A stretch of DNA of 64,000 nucleotides from the human T2T-CHM13v2.0 reference genome, Homo sapiens: assembly GCF_009914755.1 (NCBI RefSeq), contig NC_060929.1. The stretch is one strand, 5' to 3'. Of the stretch, positions 14,109-42,749 are shown one piece after another. Both the position numbers and the translations under genes were made by a program. The notes below the pieces were generated by a model. The model saw nothing but the letters and a program-made list of their open reading frames with translations, was not told where the DNA came from and did not search any database. How positions within the stretch are numbered: position 1 is the stretch's first letter; each line of letters begins with the position of its first letter.

Positions 14109-14202
14109 TTTTTTTTTTTTTTTTTTTTTTGAGATAGAGTCTCACTCTGTCGCCCAGGCTGGAGTGCAGTGGAGTCATTTTGGCTCATAGCAACCTCTGC
14201 CT
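14109..14202 (-). mobile_element. Alu 3' fragment
   Basis: Poly-T plus the last ~70 nt of Alu only. Confidence 0.85.
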
Positions 14203-15449
14203 GTTTCTCATTACAACCAAAAACTCCGAATGAATATTTTTTAAAAACTACTCGAGAACCTTGAAAAGTAAACAATAGCAGGTAGATTGGGGACTGAAGT
14301 TGAAATCTTAATAACAACCCATTTATTGACGAGTTTCAGTTTGTTTTCGGTTTTTTGGTTCTTTTTTGTCTTTCAGCTTTGAACCATCCAGTGGGCACAG
14401 ACAGTAAACCTATTTTTATCCAGAAGACCAAGGAAAATGACCCCTGCATGCCAGAAGGTATAGGACAAAGCCCAGGGCTTTATGTTGCTTTCTCTCTCAC
14501 CTCCCAGCCCTGCCCCAAGGCTGGCCCTAGCCTCAGAGCAGACACCAACCATGGCAACTGGGGAACATAAAACTCAAGAGAAAGTGTCTACCAGAGGAAC
14601 TGGGAAAAGGGATCGGTATTGCCTGAAAAGTGTGGACAGAATCCCCCTTTTTTCTCTCTTTTCTTAACTCTGTGCTAAAGGCTGTCCCCCTTGTAAGGAA
14701 CTGCTGTATAGTGAAAAGGCTAACACTCAAAGAAACCTGTCTTTCTGATCATATGAACTGGCAAGTGGGTATGATGAGGAAAGGGGGCAGGAGAATCCTG
14801 GAGAAGAGAGAGAGGGAAAGGAGAATGACCTAATTCTGTGTACGATCCAACTTAAGTCCCAGACACAGCCCTGAGCACATATGAAGCAGACCTAGTGGCC
14901 TCATCCCTGCCCTCTTTTCCCTGTGTCTAGCACAGAGAATATGTTAGAGAAAGGTTTCGATAACCTGAAATACCGACTTTTTTGGATTCGTATAAAACTA
15001 TTCGTTTCCAGTTTGGCAGGGACCAGTTTCCCCATCACACATTCTTTTCTTGAGAGAAACTGTTACCCATTTTCCTAGAACTGAGCTACGAGTCTCTTGA
15101 AGCAAAATGAAGTCTCCTGAAACAAAATGCAGTTAAGTTCAGACCCAAGATCTTTTTTGCTTGTGCAAAAAGACTTAAAGCCCCCAAAAGGAAAGCCTTT
15201 TGAAAAATGCTATAAAGCCACCTAGTACAAACCTCATTTTATCCCTAGCTGGTTGGGGGTAGGTGGGAACAGACTGTGTTTGCTTATTTACAAGCTCTCA
15301 GCTCAGGCACGGCTGCCCCACAAGGCTCTGATCCTGCCCACAAGCACATGTTCTGGTCACGATCTCCACTCAAAACTCTGACCCCCTCAGAGGGCACCTG
15401 GGCCGCCCTGGCGCGAGGGTTCAGGCACTGTGGCCCTAATGATGGTCAC

Positions 15450-15553
15450 CTTCTCCAGGGCAGCTCCTTTTCTTCCAGGTCGCTCTCCGTCACTGAACCC
15501 TCTATCACAGTTTCATCACTGTCCCAGTCTGGGGCCTGGACGCCTTCCTCCAT
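15450..15553 (-). CDS. ANKRD31: ANKRD31 coding exon 1 (MEEGVQAPDWDSDETVIEGSVTESDLEEKELPWR|R)
   Basis: ATG at 15553-15551 in strong context (AAGATGG); 104 nt ending AG|GTGACC donor; peptide matches the recalled ANKRD31 N-terminus; lies at the edge of a CpG island. Confidence 0.95.
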
Positions 15554-15669
15554 CTTTGCCTCACATTCAAAGTCTTTTTTACCCTCCTCTAACTCCCTCT
15601 TGCCCGCAAACAAAAAAACGCTTTGAGGGCCAGGGGAAATTGTGAATTAAAAATAAAAATAATATAATC

Positions 15670-16040
15670 GCAGCAGGAGCCGGGACTTGTCGCAGGGCTG
15701 CTGAGGAGGACGCAGGCGGCCGCGAGCGCGGCGGGGTAGCAGTCTGCGAGGCGGCCCGCGGGTCCCGCCGCTCGTCGCAGACAGGGGGCAGCCGCTCGCC
15801 ACACGACGGAGCCCTGCGCAGCGCTCGGCCCCGCCCCCAGCTCCCGTGGCCGGAAGTGGGAGGCCGCGCGCGCGCGCGCAGGCCTACTCTGGGCGTGGCC
15901 TGCCGCTGCGTGTTTTTTTCACGGTTTCTCATTCTCGGTCGCTAGGCTTTGAGGGTGCTGGGGTTGCTGCTGCAGAGACCAGAAAGGCAGGCGTGGCGCA
16001 CCCAGAACTCAGACCGAGCCTGCTTAACACCCTTGGCCGG
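15670..16040. promoter_or_regulatory. ANKRD31: CpG island / ANKRD31 promoter and 5'UTR
   Basis: Sharp GC/CpG enrichment outside any repeat; GC box CCCCGCCCC ~15829-15838, ETS motif CCGGAAGTG 15850-15858, (CG)7 run 15865-15878. Confidence 0.9.
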
Positions 16041-16827
16041 GAGGGTGACCTGCCATGCACCTGATGCTTGTGAGCCCCAGATACGGGAAGAGCTGTCAGC
16101 TCCTGCCCGCCCCAGCAGCCCTGGCATTCTGGAGCCAGAATGCGACCTTAGACCTAAAGAGAGTTTTTGCAGCCCACCAAGTGCTTCCTTTCCCTTTAAT
16201 CCCTTGACAGCCTCTCCTCAAGTGTCCTCTGAGGTAGACAAAACAGATACGTTTATCAGAAGTTTTAGCTCATCAACTAATCTCAGTGATGTATTTTGCA
16301 TTTTTTTTTTCTCTCAACAACGCTTTGGTTACCTGAAATACAGATTATGCAGGAAAGGCAGGATAAATGCTTTATTTTTTCCTCTTTTATCAATTTTTAT
16401 AATAATAGTAATGCCTAGCAACCTCCAAAAGTAGTCAATTGCGTTTTAATGAAGTACTAGAATTTTATATATTTGATGTGTTTCAGTCTAGTTGAACATT
16501 TTTAATTCAAACTAATTCAAAACAAAGCCAAGTGAGCTTCCACTTGCCAAGTGAGAAGAAGATTCAAGAAAAGACCAAGTTGTTTTCCCATAGCAAGTGT
16601 TTAGTATTCACCTTGGAGTCTCCAGCATCTAGCACATATAAAGTCTAAGTTTTGTCATAAATGGATGGAGCTAGAGATTTCTGACTTCCCAATTCATTGC
16701 CCTTTTCACTATATGGAGTAGCTTTGCCATTATTATCATTATTATTATTTTGTGTTTTTACTATGTATATTCAAGCCACTGCTATTTAAAATGCTTGATT
16801 GGTGATTATCTTCTAAACTTAACTTGA

Positions 16828-17125
16828 GGCTGGGGGTGGTGGCTCTACCTGTAACCTCAATGCATTGGAGGCCGAGGCAGGAGGATTGCTTGAGACCAGA
16901 AGTTCAAGACCAGCCTGGGCAACATGGTGAGACCCCTATCTCTGCAAAAAATTTGTTTTTAATTAGCAGGGCATGGTAGCATGGGCCTGTAGTCCCAGCT
17001 ACTCAGGTTGAGGCGGGAGGATCGCTTGAGCCCAGGAGTTTGAGGTTATAATGAGCTATGATTGAGCAAACGCACTCCAGCCTGAGCAACAGAGTCATAC
17101 CATGTCTCAAAAAATAAAAAAATAA
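16828..17125 (+). mobile_element. AluJ
   Basis: Alu dimer; TSD-like taaactta(a)cttga. Confidence 0.9.
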
Positions 17126-17588
17126 ACTTACTTGAATAAGTAACTTACTTAAATAAAATTCCTCGCCTCAACTCTGTAAATTAGGCAGAGCAATAATAAA
17201 TATGCAAAGAACTAGACCTCTTTTTTATTTTTTTTAACAGTAGTCCATTTATACCCTCCGTGTCTAAATCAGACCTAAATTCCTATCACCTTTCCTGCTC
17301 ACCCACTGTTTAATTAATTCATTAGCGCATTCTTCTGTGTTGCCCAAGCTAATCTCCAACTCCTGGGCTCAAGCTGTCCTCCCACCTCACCCTCCCAAAT
17401 AGCCGGAACTACAATCTCATGCCACTATGCCCACTTCACCCATTCTTTTAATTATCCAACTCTGCTTTCACAGGAATTGGGGGATGCATACCCAGTAAAT
17501 GGTGGTGAGTGGCTCCATTTGCCCCAGAGGGAAAGATGACTCCACTAGTAACAGTACTTGCTCCAAACAGCTGGTAACAAGCTAAGTG

Positions 17589-18445
17589 CAATAAGTCCTC
17601 ACTTAATGTCTGTCGGTAGGGTCTTGGAAACTGCAACCTAAAACAAAATGACTTACAAGGAAACCAATTTTACCATTGTCTAATTGATATATATGAGAGT
17701 TAAGTTCTTACAACATATTTCTGGTCACAAAAACATTACCAAACTTGTAAATAAACACCAAAACACCTTTACTATTAAACATTGAAATAAACGTGAGCTA
17801 TATATATATTTATTAAATATATATATTTAAGAAATATCTTAAATATATATCAGATATTTATTAAATATATATTTAATAATAAATATTTAATATATTTAAT
17901 AAATATCTAAGATATATATTTAAGATATTTCTTAATATATTTAATATATATAATAAATATCTAAGATATATATTTAAGATATTTCTTAATATATTTAATA
18001 TATATTTAATAAATATATATAAGAAATGTCATATATATTTAAGAAAGATTAATAAAAATATATATATTTAAGAAAGACTAATAAAAACAAATAAGATAAT
18101 TATTTACCTAGTCATTCCAGTTCAGGGTTGAGAGTGGCTGGAGCCTATCCTGGCAGCTCAGGGCTCAAGGCAGGAGCCAACCCAGCACAGGAGGCCATTT
18201 CATTGAAGAGCGTGCTCACTCACACACACACACTCATTCTGAGACCAGTTAGATAAGTCAATGAGCCTAACATACACATCTTTGGGATGTGAGAGGAAAC
18301 CAGAATACCTGGAGGAAACATGCTGACATAGGGAGAACATGCAAACTCCACATACACAGTGGCCCTGGCTGGGAAGTATAATAATTTTCTTCCCTCATCA
18401 GTGTTGAAACACCATTGAAATAAATGTTATTCGAGGATCTGCTAT
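17589..18445. mobile_element. Tigger3b-like DNA transposon with AT-rich expansion
   Basis: Ends caataagtcctcacttaatgtc / gttattcgaggatctgcta. Confidence 0.75.
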
Positions 18446-19078
18446 AGATAAATTCACATTCTTCTGGGCCTGAAATTCACATTCTTTTTAAAAATGCTTT
18501 CTCTTTTGGCGGGAAAAAGTCAGTTATTTTTGCATCATCTGTTCTCCTTTTATTTAAGAGAGTTGCTAAGATTCAAAGAATGAAAAAGAAATGGCAGAGA
18601 TGAGCCTCATAAATGCCAGTGTGATTTTAAATAAACCTTTTTTTGTTTGTTTTTATGAAATCCAAAGTTTCAGTGCAGGACAGAGGTGGAAAAATGAACA
18701 GAAGATCTGTTTTAGGAAATCTAGGCTGCAGTACAATTCATACTGGTTTAAGCAGGGTGAGTTGAGTCATGTAATTGAACCAAGGAGAGGTTTCCCAGGT
18801 ATTTCAGGAATGGCAGGAATCAGGTACTGCAACTGTGTTTCAAAGGAAATAGAGCTCAGCTTTCTTTTGAATTAGTTTGAATTTTCAAATAGATTAAAAC
18901 ATCGCCGAGTATGTAAAAATCTGTAAACATTATTATTAAAAAATAATAATTGGCTACTTTTGGAGGTTGCTAGACACCATTTATTATTCTAAAATTAATA
19001 ACGATAAAAAGACTTTATCCTGCCTCTCCTATACACTTTATATTCAGAATAACCATAGTTAATGAGGGGGAAAAAAAA

Positions 19079-19370
19079 TTTTTTTTTGAGACGGAGTTTC
19101 GCTCTTGTCGTCCAGGCTGGAGTGCTATGGCGCGATCTTGGCTCGCTGCAACCTCCCACCTCCCGGGTTCAAGTGATTCTCCTGCCTCAGCCTCCCAAGG
19201 AGCTGGGATTACAGATATGTGCCACCTCACCCGGCTAATTTTGTATTTTTAGTAGAGACGGGGTTTCTCCATGTTGGTCAGGCTGGCCTCGAACTCCTGA
19301 CCTCAGGTGATTCACCCACCTCGGCCTCCCATAGTGCTGGGATTACAAGCTTCAGCCACCACGCCTGGCC
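19079..19370 (-). mobile_element. AluSp/Sq
   Basis: Alu dimer. Confidence 0.93.
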
Positions 19371-19793
19371 ATAATTTTTAAGAAATGTAATTAAATTTTA
19401 CTTGGTCTACTCCATTTGGGCTATAATCTTACAAGAAAAATGTCCTCTTGGGGAATTATTGTTGTAAAGGTGAATTTAAAATTTTTTTTTGATGTTTAAA
19501 AAGAAAAAGAAGGCTCATTATTTTGTGATTACACAATATATTTTGCTTTTATAATTAAGATTCTTCGCTGCCTATAGCTTCATATTATTTATTTCCTATC
19601 CAGGTTACTTTGGATCCTAGAACTGTAAGAGATGAGACTTTCATGGAAGATTTGATTTATCATAACACAATATGAATCTCTAAGAGACTAAATCCAGCAG
19701 CCACTTTCACCTTAGTAATATTTCTCCCCAAAATAAAACTATATGAAGTATTTCACCAAGTATTCCATGATAAGTATTTTAAAATACACTTTC

Positions 19794-20082
19794 CCGACAG
19801 GGCACAATGGTTCATGTTTGTAATCCCAGCACTTCGGGAGGCAGAGATGGGAGGATCACTTGAGCCGAGGAGCCTGGGCAACATAGAGAGACCCCCATCT
19901 CTACAAAAATAAAAATAAATTAGCCAGAAGTGGTGGCGCACATTTGACCCAGGTACTCGGGAGGTTGAAGCAGGAGGATCCCTTGAGCTCAGGAGTTGCA
20001 GTGAGCTATGATTGCACCACTGCACTCCAGCCTGGGTGACAAAGTGAGATCCTGTGTCAAAAAAAAAAAAAAAAAAAAAAAA
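19794..20082 (+). mobile_element. AluJ
   Basis: Alu dimer; TSD aaaatacactttcc. Confidence 0.9.
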
Positions 20083-20339
20083 TACACTTTCCAAAAGAAT
20101 CATTTTCTCAAAGACTTAGACTTTTTTTTAAACAAAAATAAGTTACTAATCCATTAACCCAAGCAATTCACATGTTTGGCACAAATTAAAGCTGTCATGT
20201 AAACTTTTTTAATGGATGGGAATAAGTATGTAACTGAAAAATCAGGATATGTGAAATCTTTTCTCAAAAACTGCAAAATAATGGAGCACACAAAGGCAAG
20301 TTTGCACATGATTAAGTGTTGGTTTAGTACCTAAATTTG

Positions 20340-20340
20340 T

Positions 20341-20371
<31 letters not shown>

Positions 20372-20657
20372 TGAGACGGAGTTCCACTTTTGTTGCCAAG
20401 GCTGGAGCACAGTGATGCGATTTCGGCTCACTGCAACCTCCGCCTCCCGGGTTGAAGTAATTCTTCTGCATCAGCCTCCTTCATAGCTGGGATTACAGGC
20501 ATGTGCCACCACACCTGGCTAATTTTTGTATTTTTTTAGTAGAGACGGGGCTTCGCCATGTTGGCCAGGCTGATCTCGAACTCCTGACCTCAGGTGATCT
20601 GCCCGTCTCAGCCTCCCAAAGTGCTGGGACTACAGGGGTAAGCTACCACACCCAGCC
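20340..20657 (-). mobile_element. AluS with (TTTA)n tail
   Basis: TSD ctaaatttgttt. Confidence 0.92.
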
Positions 20658-20821
20658 CTAAATTTGTTTTTTAGCGATCATTATAGCTGATTCATATGTG
20701 TGGGGATATGCCACCCACAACTCCTATAGGCTGTCCCTTCTTAGTGCAGAATTTAATAAGTTCAATTTCACTTTAAAATGGCATAAAATAGACATAAAAC
20801 ACTTCAGAAAGTTGAAAGTAC

Positions 20822-21547
20822 TGTAACCACCCAATGGGTTCTCCTTGCCTGCTGCCTAGACAGAGCCAATTTATCAAGACAGGGAAATTGCAATGAAGAA
20901 AGAGTAATTCACGCAGAGCCGGCTATGCAGGAGACCGAAGTTTGTTATTACTGAAATCAGTCTTGCCGAGCATTTGGGGATCAGAGTGTTTAAAGATAAT
21001 TTGGTGGGTAGGGGCTTGGGAAGTGGGGAGTGCTGAGTGGTCAGGTTGGAGATGGAATCATAGGGGGTGGAAGTTAGGTTTTCTTGCTGTCTTCTGTTCC
21101 TGGGTGGATGGCAGAACTGGTTGAGCCAGATTATCAGTCTGGGTGGTGTCAGCTGATCCATCAAGCTCAGGGACTGCAAAATATCTTGGGCACTGATTTT
21201 AGGTTTTACAGTAGTGATGTTATCCCCAGAAGCAATTTGGGGAGATTCAGACTCTTGGAGCCAGAGGCTGCATGACCCCCAAATTGTAATTTCTAATCTT
21301 ATAGCTAACTTGTTAGTCCTGAAAAGACAGACTGATCCCAGGCAAGAAGGGGGTCTTTTCGGGAAAGGGGTATTTTCAATTTTGTTTCAGTCAAACCATG
21401 AACTGAACTCCTTCCCAAAGTTAGTTTGGCCTACACCCAGGAATGAACAAGGACAGCTTAAAGGTTAGAAGCAAGACGGAGTTGATTAGGTCAGATTTCT
21501 TTCACTGTCTTAATTTCCTAAGTTATAATTTTGCAAAGGTGGTTTCA
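20822..21547 (-). mobile_element. ERV1 solo LTR (LTR8-like)
   Basis: Minus strand begins TGAAACCACCTTTGCAAAATT and ends GGTGGTTACA; 4-bp TSD GTAC on both sides. Confidence 0.85.
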
Positions 21548-22566
21548 GTACTGTGAAATTTCAGATGATAGCCTAATATAATTAGTATTTCCAAGATGAA
21601 AAACCTCTGAAGAATCACTAATGGTATCTGTTATTCTGGCAATTGATTAAAAGATATATTATAATGAAGCCCATAAAATCAGCAGAGGATGATTGAAAAA
21701 ACACTTGGCATTTCACAAAGGAGAATCAGAGGACTAGACACACCTAGAGGTAAATTATAACGACCCTCCCCACCCATTACTCCAGGATGCCTACCAGATG
21801 TTGCTATTCTATGTGGTCTCTACTATTACAGTTATTCATTGTTTAGTCTATTAGACTGTAAATAATGTTTCTTCAGAAGCAGAAAGGGGCAATAGCTATA
21901 CACTGATCTTCTGTCTCAGAAGAAATACCTTACAACATTGTATAATTTATCATGATGTGAAAAAAACAATATTGGAACACAGGCATTAAACTATTATTAT
22001 ATATCATCAGGGTTTTGTAAGGATTCTTAGATTACTTTCCCCTTATAAACACAATGTAATGTTGGCATCAAGAATTGGCAATCAAAGTAATAAGGCCATG
22101 ACAGACTGTCAAAAAGAATTACAGACTCAAATGCAACAGCCTAGAGAACATGACATTGATTTTGTCAACTAGTTTAACAAGTTTGACAGCTTCCTCCTTG
22201 CCTGCTTGTCCAGACAAGTGATACTCACTGATGGCCCGAATGCTAAAAAGTCTATATTTCAATGTCTTTCCATTTCTATTCCTCCCCACATCTGGTCTTT
22301 TTCTGTGATAGTAACTGATTAAAACATTGGATTTTAAACCATGCTTAACCTAACTCATAATTAAAGAAATATACATTAAAACAGCCAATGACACGTTTGT
22401 TGGTTTATTTTATCTATTAGTCTGGCAAAGATTTAAAAAAAGACTGATAATGCTCAGCACTGGCAATGATCGGGGAAAATAGGTGTTCTCATATACTCTT
22501 GGAGGGAGATGAGTTCAATCTTTTTTGGAGACCAGTTTGGCAACATCTATGAAAATGTTTCACATG

Positions 22567-22863
<297 letters not shown>

Positions 22864-23379
22864 TTACATGTATATACCCCTAGAGATAGCCTTTCCACTT
22901 TTAGGAATTTATTCCTATATTACTGATATGCTTGCACCAACTGTAATTTTGAAAAGTTGGAAACAAACTAAGTGTTCATCATTAGGGGATTATGCAGTGA
23001 AATACTCTGCTGTCATTATAAAGAATGAAATACGGCTGTATATTAGGACATGTGTAGCTGCCCATGTTACCTTGTTTGCAGAATAAAGCAAAGAGCACAA
23101 CAACGACAGCTCTGGAATTTCATACAGGAAAGGCTTAAGGATGAAATCTGCTTGGAAGTGAGGGCTCTGAAACTTCACCAAAGCTTGCATTTGAATAGCA
23201 AACACGGTTTTCACTTAGCTGCTTACATGGAATATTTGTGGCTTTATCTTAGATTCTATGTTTATTTGTGGTTGTTTAGGAAGGTTAAAGAGATACGAAG
23301 ATATAAATAAAGCCCTCCACACATACCAAGACACCACCTGATCCTGATACTGCAGAACACCACAAATTTTTATTTCTTC

Positions 23380-26575
<3,196 letters not shown>

Positions 26576-26709
26576 TAGGGTTCTAACTTTACATTGAGTT
26601 TTATTTATCTCAGTTTTTTTGTGTATGTAATGAGGTAAAGAACAAAGTTATTTTTTTCCCATATGGATATCCAGTTGTTACAACACCTTGGGTTAAAAAG
26701 ATTAGCCTT

Positions 26710-39338
<12,629 letters not shown>

Positions 39339-39883
39339 ATTAGCCTTTCCTCATTTAATTGACTTAATGCCTCCACTTACTTTAAAAACAATTACGCATG
39401 TTTCCTGATGGATGACAGCTGTCAGAGTTAATTATTGATAAAATATAATTAGACTATATTGTGGATGTCAGTCTCATCTCATATCATCTGCATTAGGAAA
39501 AAATGTGAATGTGTGTTCTTTAGTTTAAAACATCACGTGGTAGAAAATGATTATGAAAGCGGAGATGTGGCTCAGTCAAGGAAAGCATTAAACAAGATGA
39601 GGGAAGATTGAAGGAGTAGTTTTCTAGACAGAGAAGAGAGAAAGGCCACGCTAGGTATAAAGATTAACCACCATGGCACAGGCACTGAATGACATAAAAC
39701 CAAAGCTAGCTCAACATTTGGAAGTGCATCCTAGCAAAGAGAAGAAGAATGTGATTTCTTTATGGCAGTTCAAAGTTGAGTCCTAGTTAATCATTATACA
39801 AGCAGCGAAGCAGTAGTCAGCCAATGCTGTCTGCAGTAACTGAGGTGGGTTATGCACAGGCAATGCAATCACAGCTAACATAA

Positions 39884-40246
<363 letters not shown>

Positions 40247-40832
40247 TCAACCTACGTTTTACCTTGTCTTTCTTTCTTACTGCCCTCCTCCAACTGTCAA
40301 CCTTTTACATGGTTCTCTAATATAATGTCTATATTGTTGAATGAAGGACTAACTCACTCTCCTTCAAGTAGGGCTCTCAGAGAACTGAGACTGCTAAAAC
40401 TTATTCTACATATTATTTCTTCTTTCCTGGTTCTTCTCCTTTTAGCTAATCACAAAGTCTGACCCTTCTAGTATTGGAGTATGGGGAGGACAGAAAGATG
40501 GAGAGAGGAGGCAGAAAAGTTCTTACTAGAGTAGTGTCAGTTGTATACTGGAACCAGCTCCTACTAGCTGATAAGAACTAATTGCTAAACTTTCAGGAAT
40601 TTGCAATTCAATTATTACATATAGCCATTAATGTATATAAAATTATAATTAAATAACTTGTATTTAAAATAAATGCAATAAATACTAAAAACTCATCACT
40701 TCCTAATTATTTTGCTACATTTTACTCTGGGGTCAGAAGAGGAGGAGAGCCAGGAAAGAAACAAATAATACTGTAAGGAAAGAATTTTAGAATATTTACA
40801 CCACAAAAATCTTACAAATCAGGGTTTTCCTC

Positions 40833-41296
40833 CTAACAAAGATTCTTTGCTTAGCCAAAGTTTAGTCAGGCTCCTGAGCTTTCCCCTAGGTCCATCTTAG
40901 AGAGACATCGTAAAATCCAGTTTTAGCAAAGAGCCCTGCTAAGTCAGTTTAGCAAGAACTTTTCAGTCTTAATATCTGATCACCCTTGATATCTGATGAG
41001 GTTCCTCATCCTCCACTATCCCCCAGGTGAGGTATGATCACACTGGCCTGTCTTTAGCAAAAATATTGTTAGGTTGGCTTGGCCAGAATCTTACCCTTGA
41101 TGTTTTACCTCTTAGCAATTTTCAATCCACTGACCCCACCCTGCTCCTTGGCTATAAATGCCCACTTGCCTATGCTGTGTTCTGGGGTTGAGCCCAATCT
41201 CTGCCCCCACTACGAGACCTTATTGCAGTGGTCCTGAACAAAGTCTTCCTTACTGTGCTATAACACGTGTCACCGAATAATTTTTTTGTTTAACAA
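40833..41296 (+). mobile_element. ERV1 (MER4-group) LTR
   Basis: aagattctttgcttagccaaagtttagtcaggctcctg..., TATA-like ctataaa, ends aataa..tttaaca. Confidence 0.65.
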
Positions 41297-41495
41297 CTTC
41301 CCCTGGTTGTTAAACATTTACCAGCACACAGCTGAGTAGTATTGTTCTAAGGCAGTTTTGCACCCTCTGAGTCTGGCATTGGTTTAAAGCTGACTCTATC
41401 ATAAGGAATTCTGTAATGCCTTTAGAGACCTGATCCACCACTGGTAGGTAATCCTTCACATTCAGTTCACCTGATGTGGGAGAATGTAAATTCAT

Positions 41496-41792
41496 CTTTT
41501 TTTTCCTTTGAGACATAGTTTCACTCTTGTTGCCCAGGCTGGAGTGAAATGGCACAATCTCAGCTCACCACAACCTCCGCCTCCTGGATTCATGTGAATC
41601 TCCTGCCTCAGCCTCCCGAGTAGCTGGGATTACAGGCACGAGCCACCACGCCCGGCTAATTTTTGTATTTTTAGTAGAGACGGGGTTTCACCATGTTGGC
41701 CAGGCTGGTCTCGAACTCCTGGCCTCAAGCGATCCGCCCACCTCACCCTCCCAAAGTGCTGGGATTACAGGCATGAGCCGCCTTGCCCGGCC
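41496..41792 (-). mobile_element. AluS
   Basis: Alu dimer. Confidence 0.93.
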
Positions 41793-41987
41793 TCAAAGAT
41801 TCTTTATTTCATCCTTGGAATACAGAACACAAAGTCCATCTCCATCTTCCCTACTGAGAGCTATTCACCCTTTAAACTGCCCTATGAACAGGATTTAACC
41901 AGGCTGGTTCTCACTTGAGCATATCTCCTATGTAACTTGTAAGGAATACTTGTTGACTGAATAAATTCTGGTAGTGCACACTGATCA

Positions 41988-42386
<399 letters not shown>

Positions 42387-42449
42387 TTAAATAGGCATTT
42401 CAAAGAAAAAAAGACACATATGACTAATACCATATTAAAAGGTGAAATC

Positions 42450-42749
42450 GGCTGGGTGCAGTGGCTCACACCTATAATCCCAGCACTTTGGGAGGCTGAG
42501 GCAGATGGATCACCTGAGGTCGGGGGTTCGGGACCAGCCTGGTCAACATAGCAAAACCCCATCTCTACTAAAAATACAAAAATTAGCCAGGCATAGTGGT
42601 GCATGCCTGTAATCCCACCTACTCGGGAGGCTGAGGCACAACAATCGCTTGAACTCAGGAGGCGGAGGATGCGATGAGCAGAGATTGTGCCACTGCACTC
42701 CAACCTGGGCGACAGAGTGAGACTCCATCTCAAAAATAAACAAATAAAA
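42450..42749 (+). mobile_element. AluS within L1M fragments (42322-43440)
   Basis: TSD aaaag(g/a)tgaaatc. Confidence 0.9.

Noticed and set aside
15276-16434. ORFs of 70-160 aa around the CpG island
   Set aside because: Expected from stop-poor GC-rich sequence; mostly non-ATG starts; no recognisable protein
21550-22400. Unique-looking stretch with tiny hairpins (e.g. cttgtccagacaag)
   Set aside because: Stems of 6-7 bp are expected by chance; no ORF, splice pattern or RNA-gene motif that I can support
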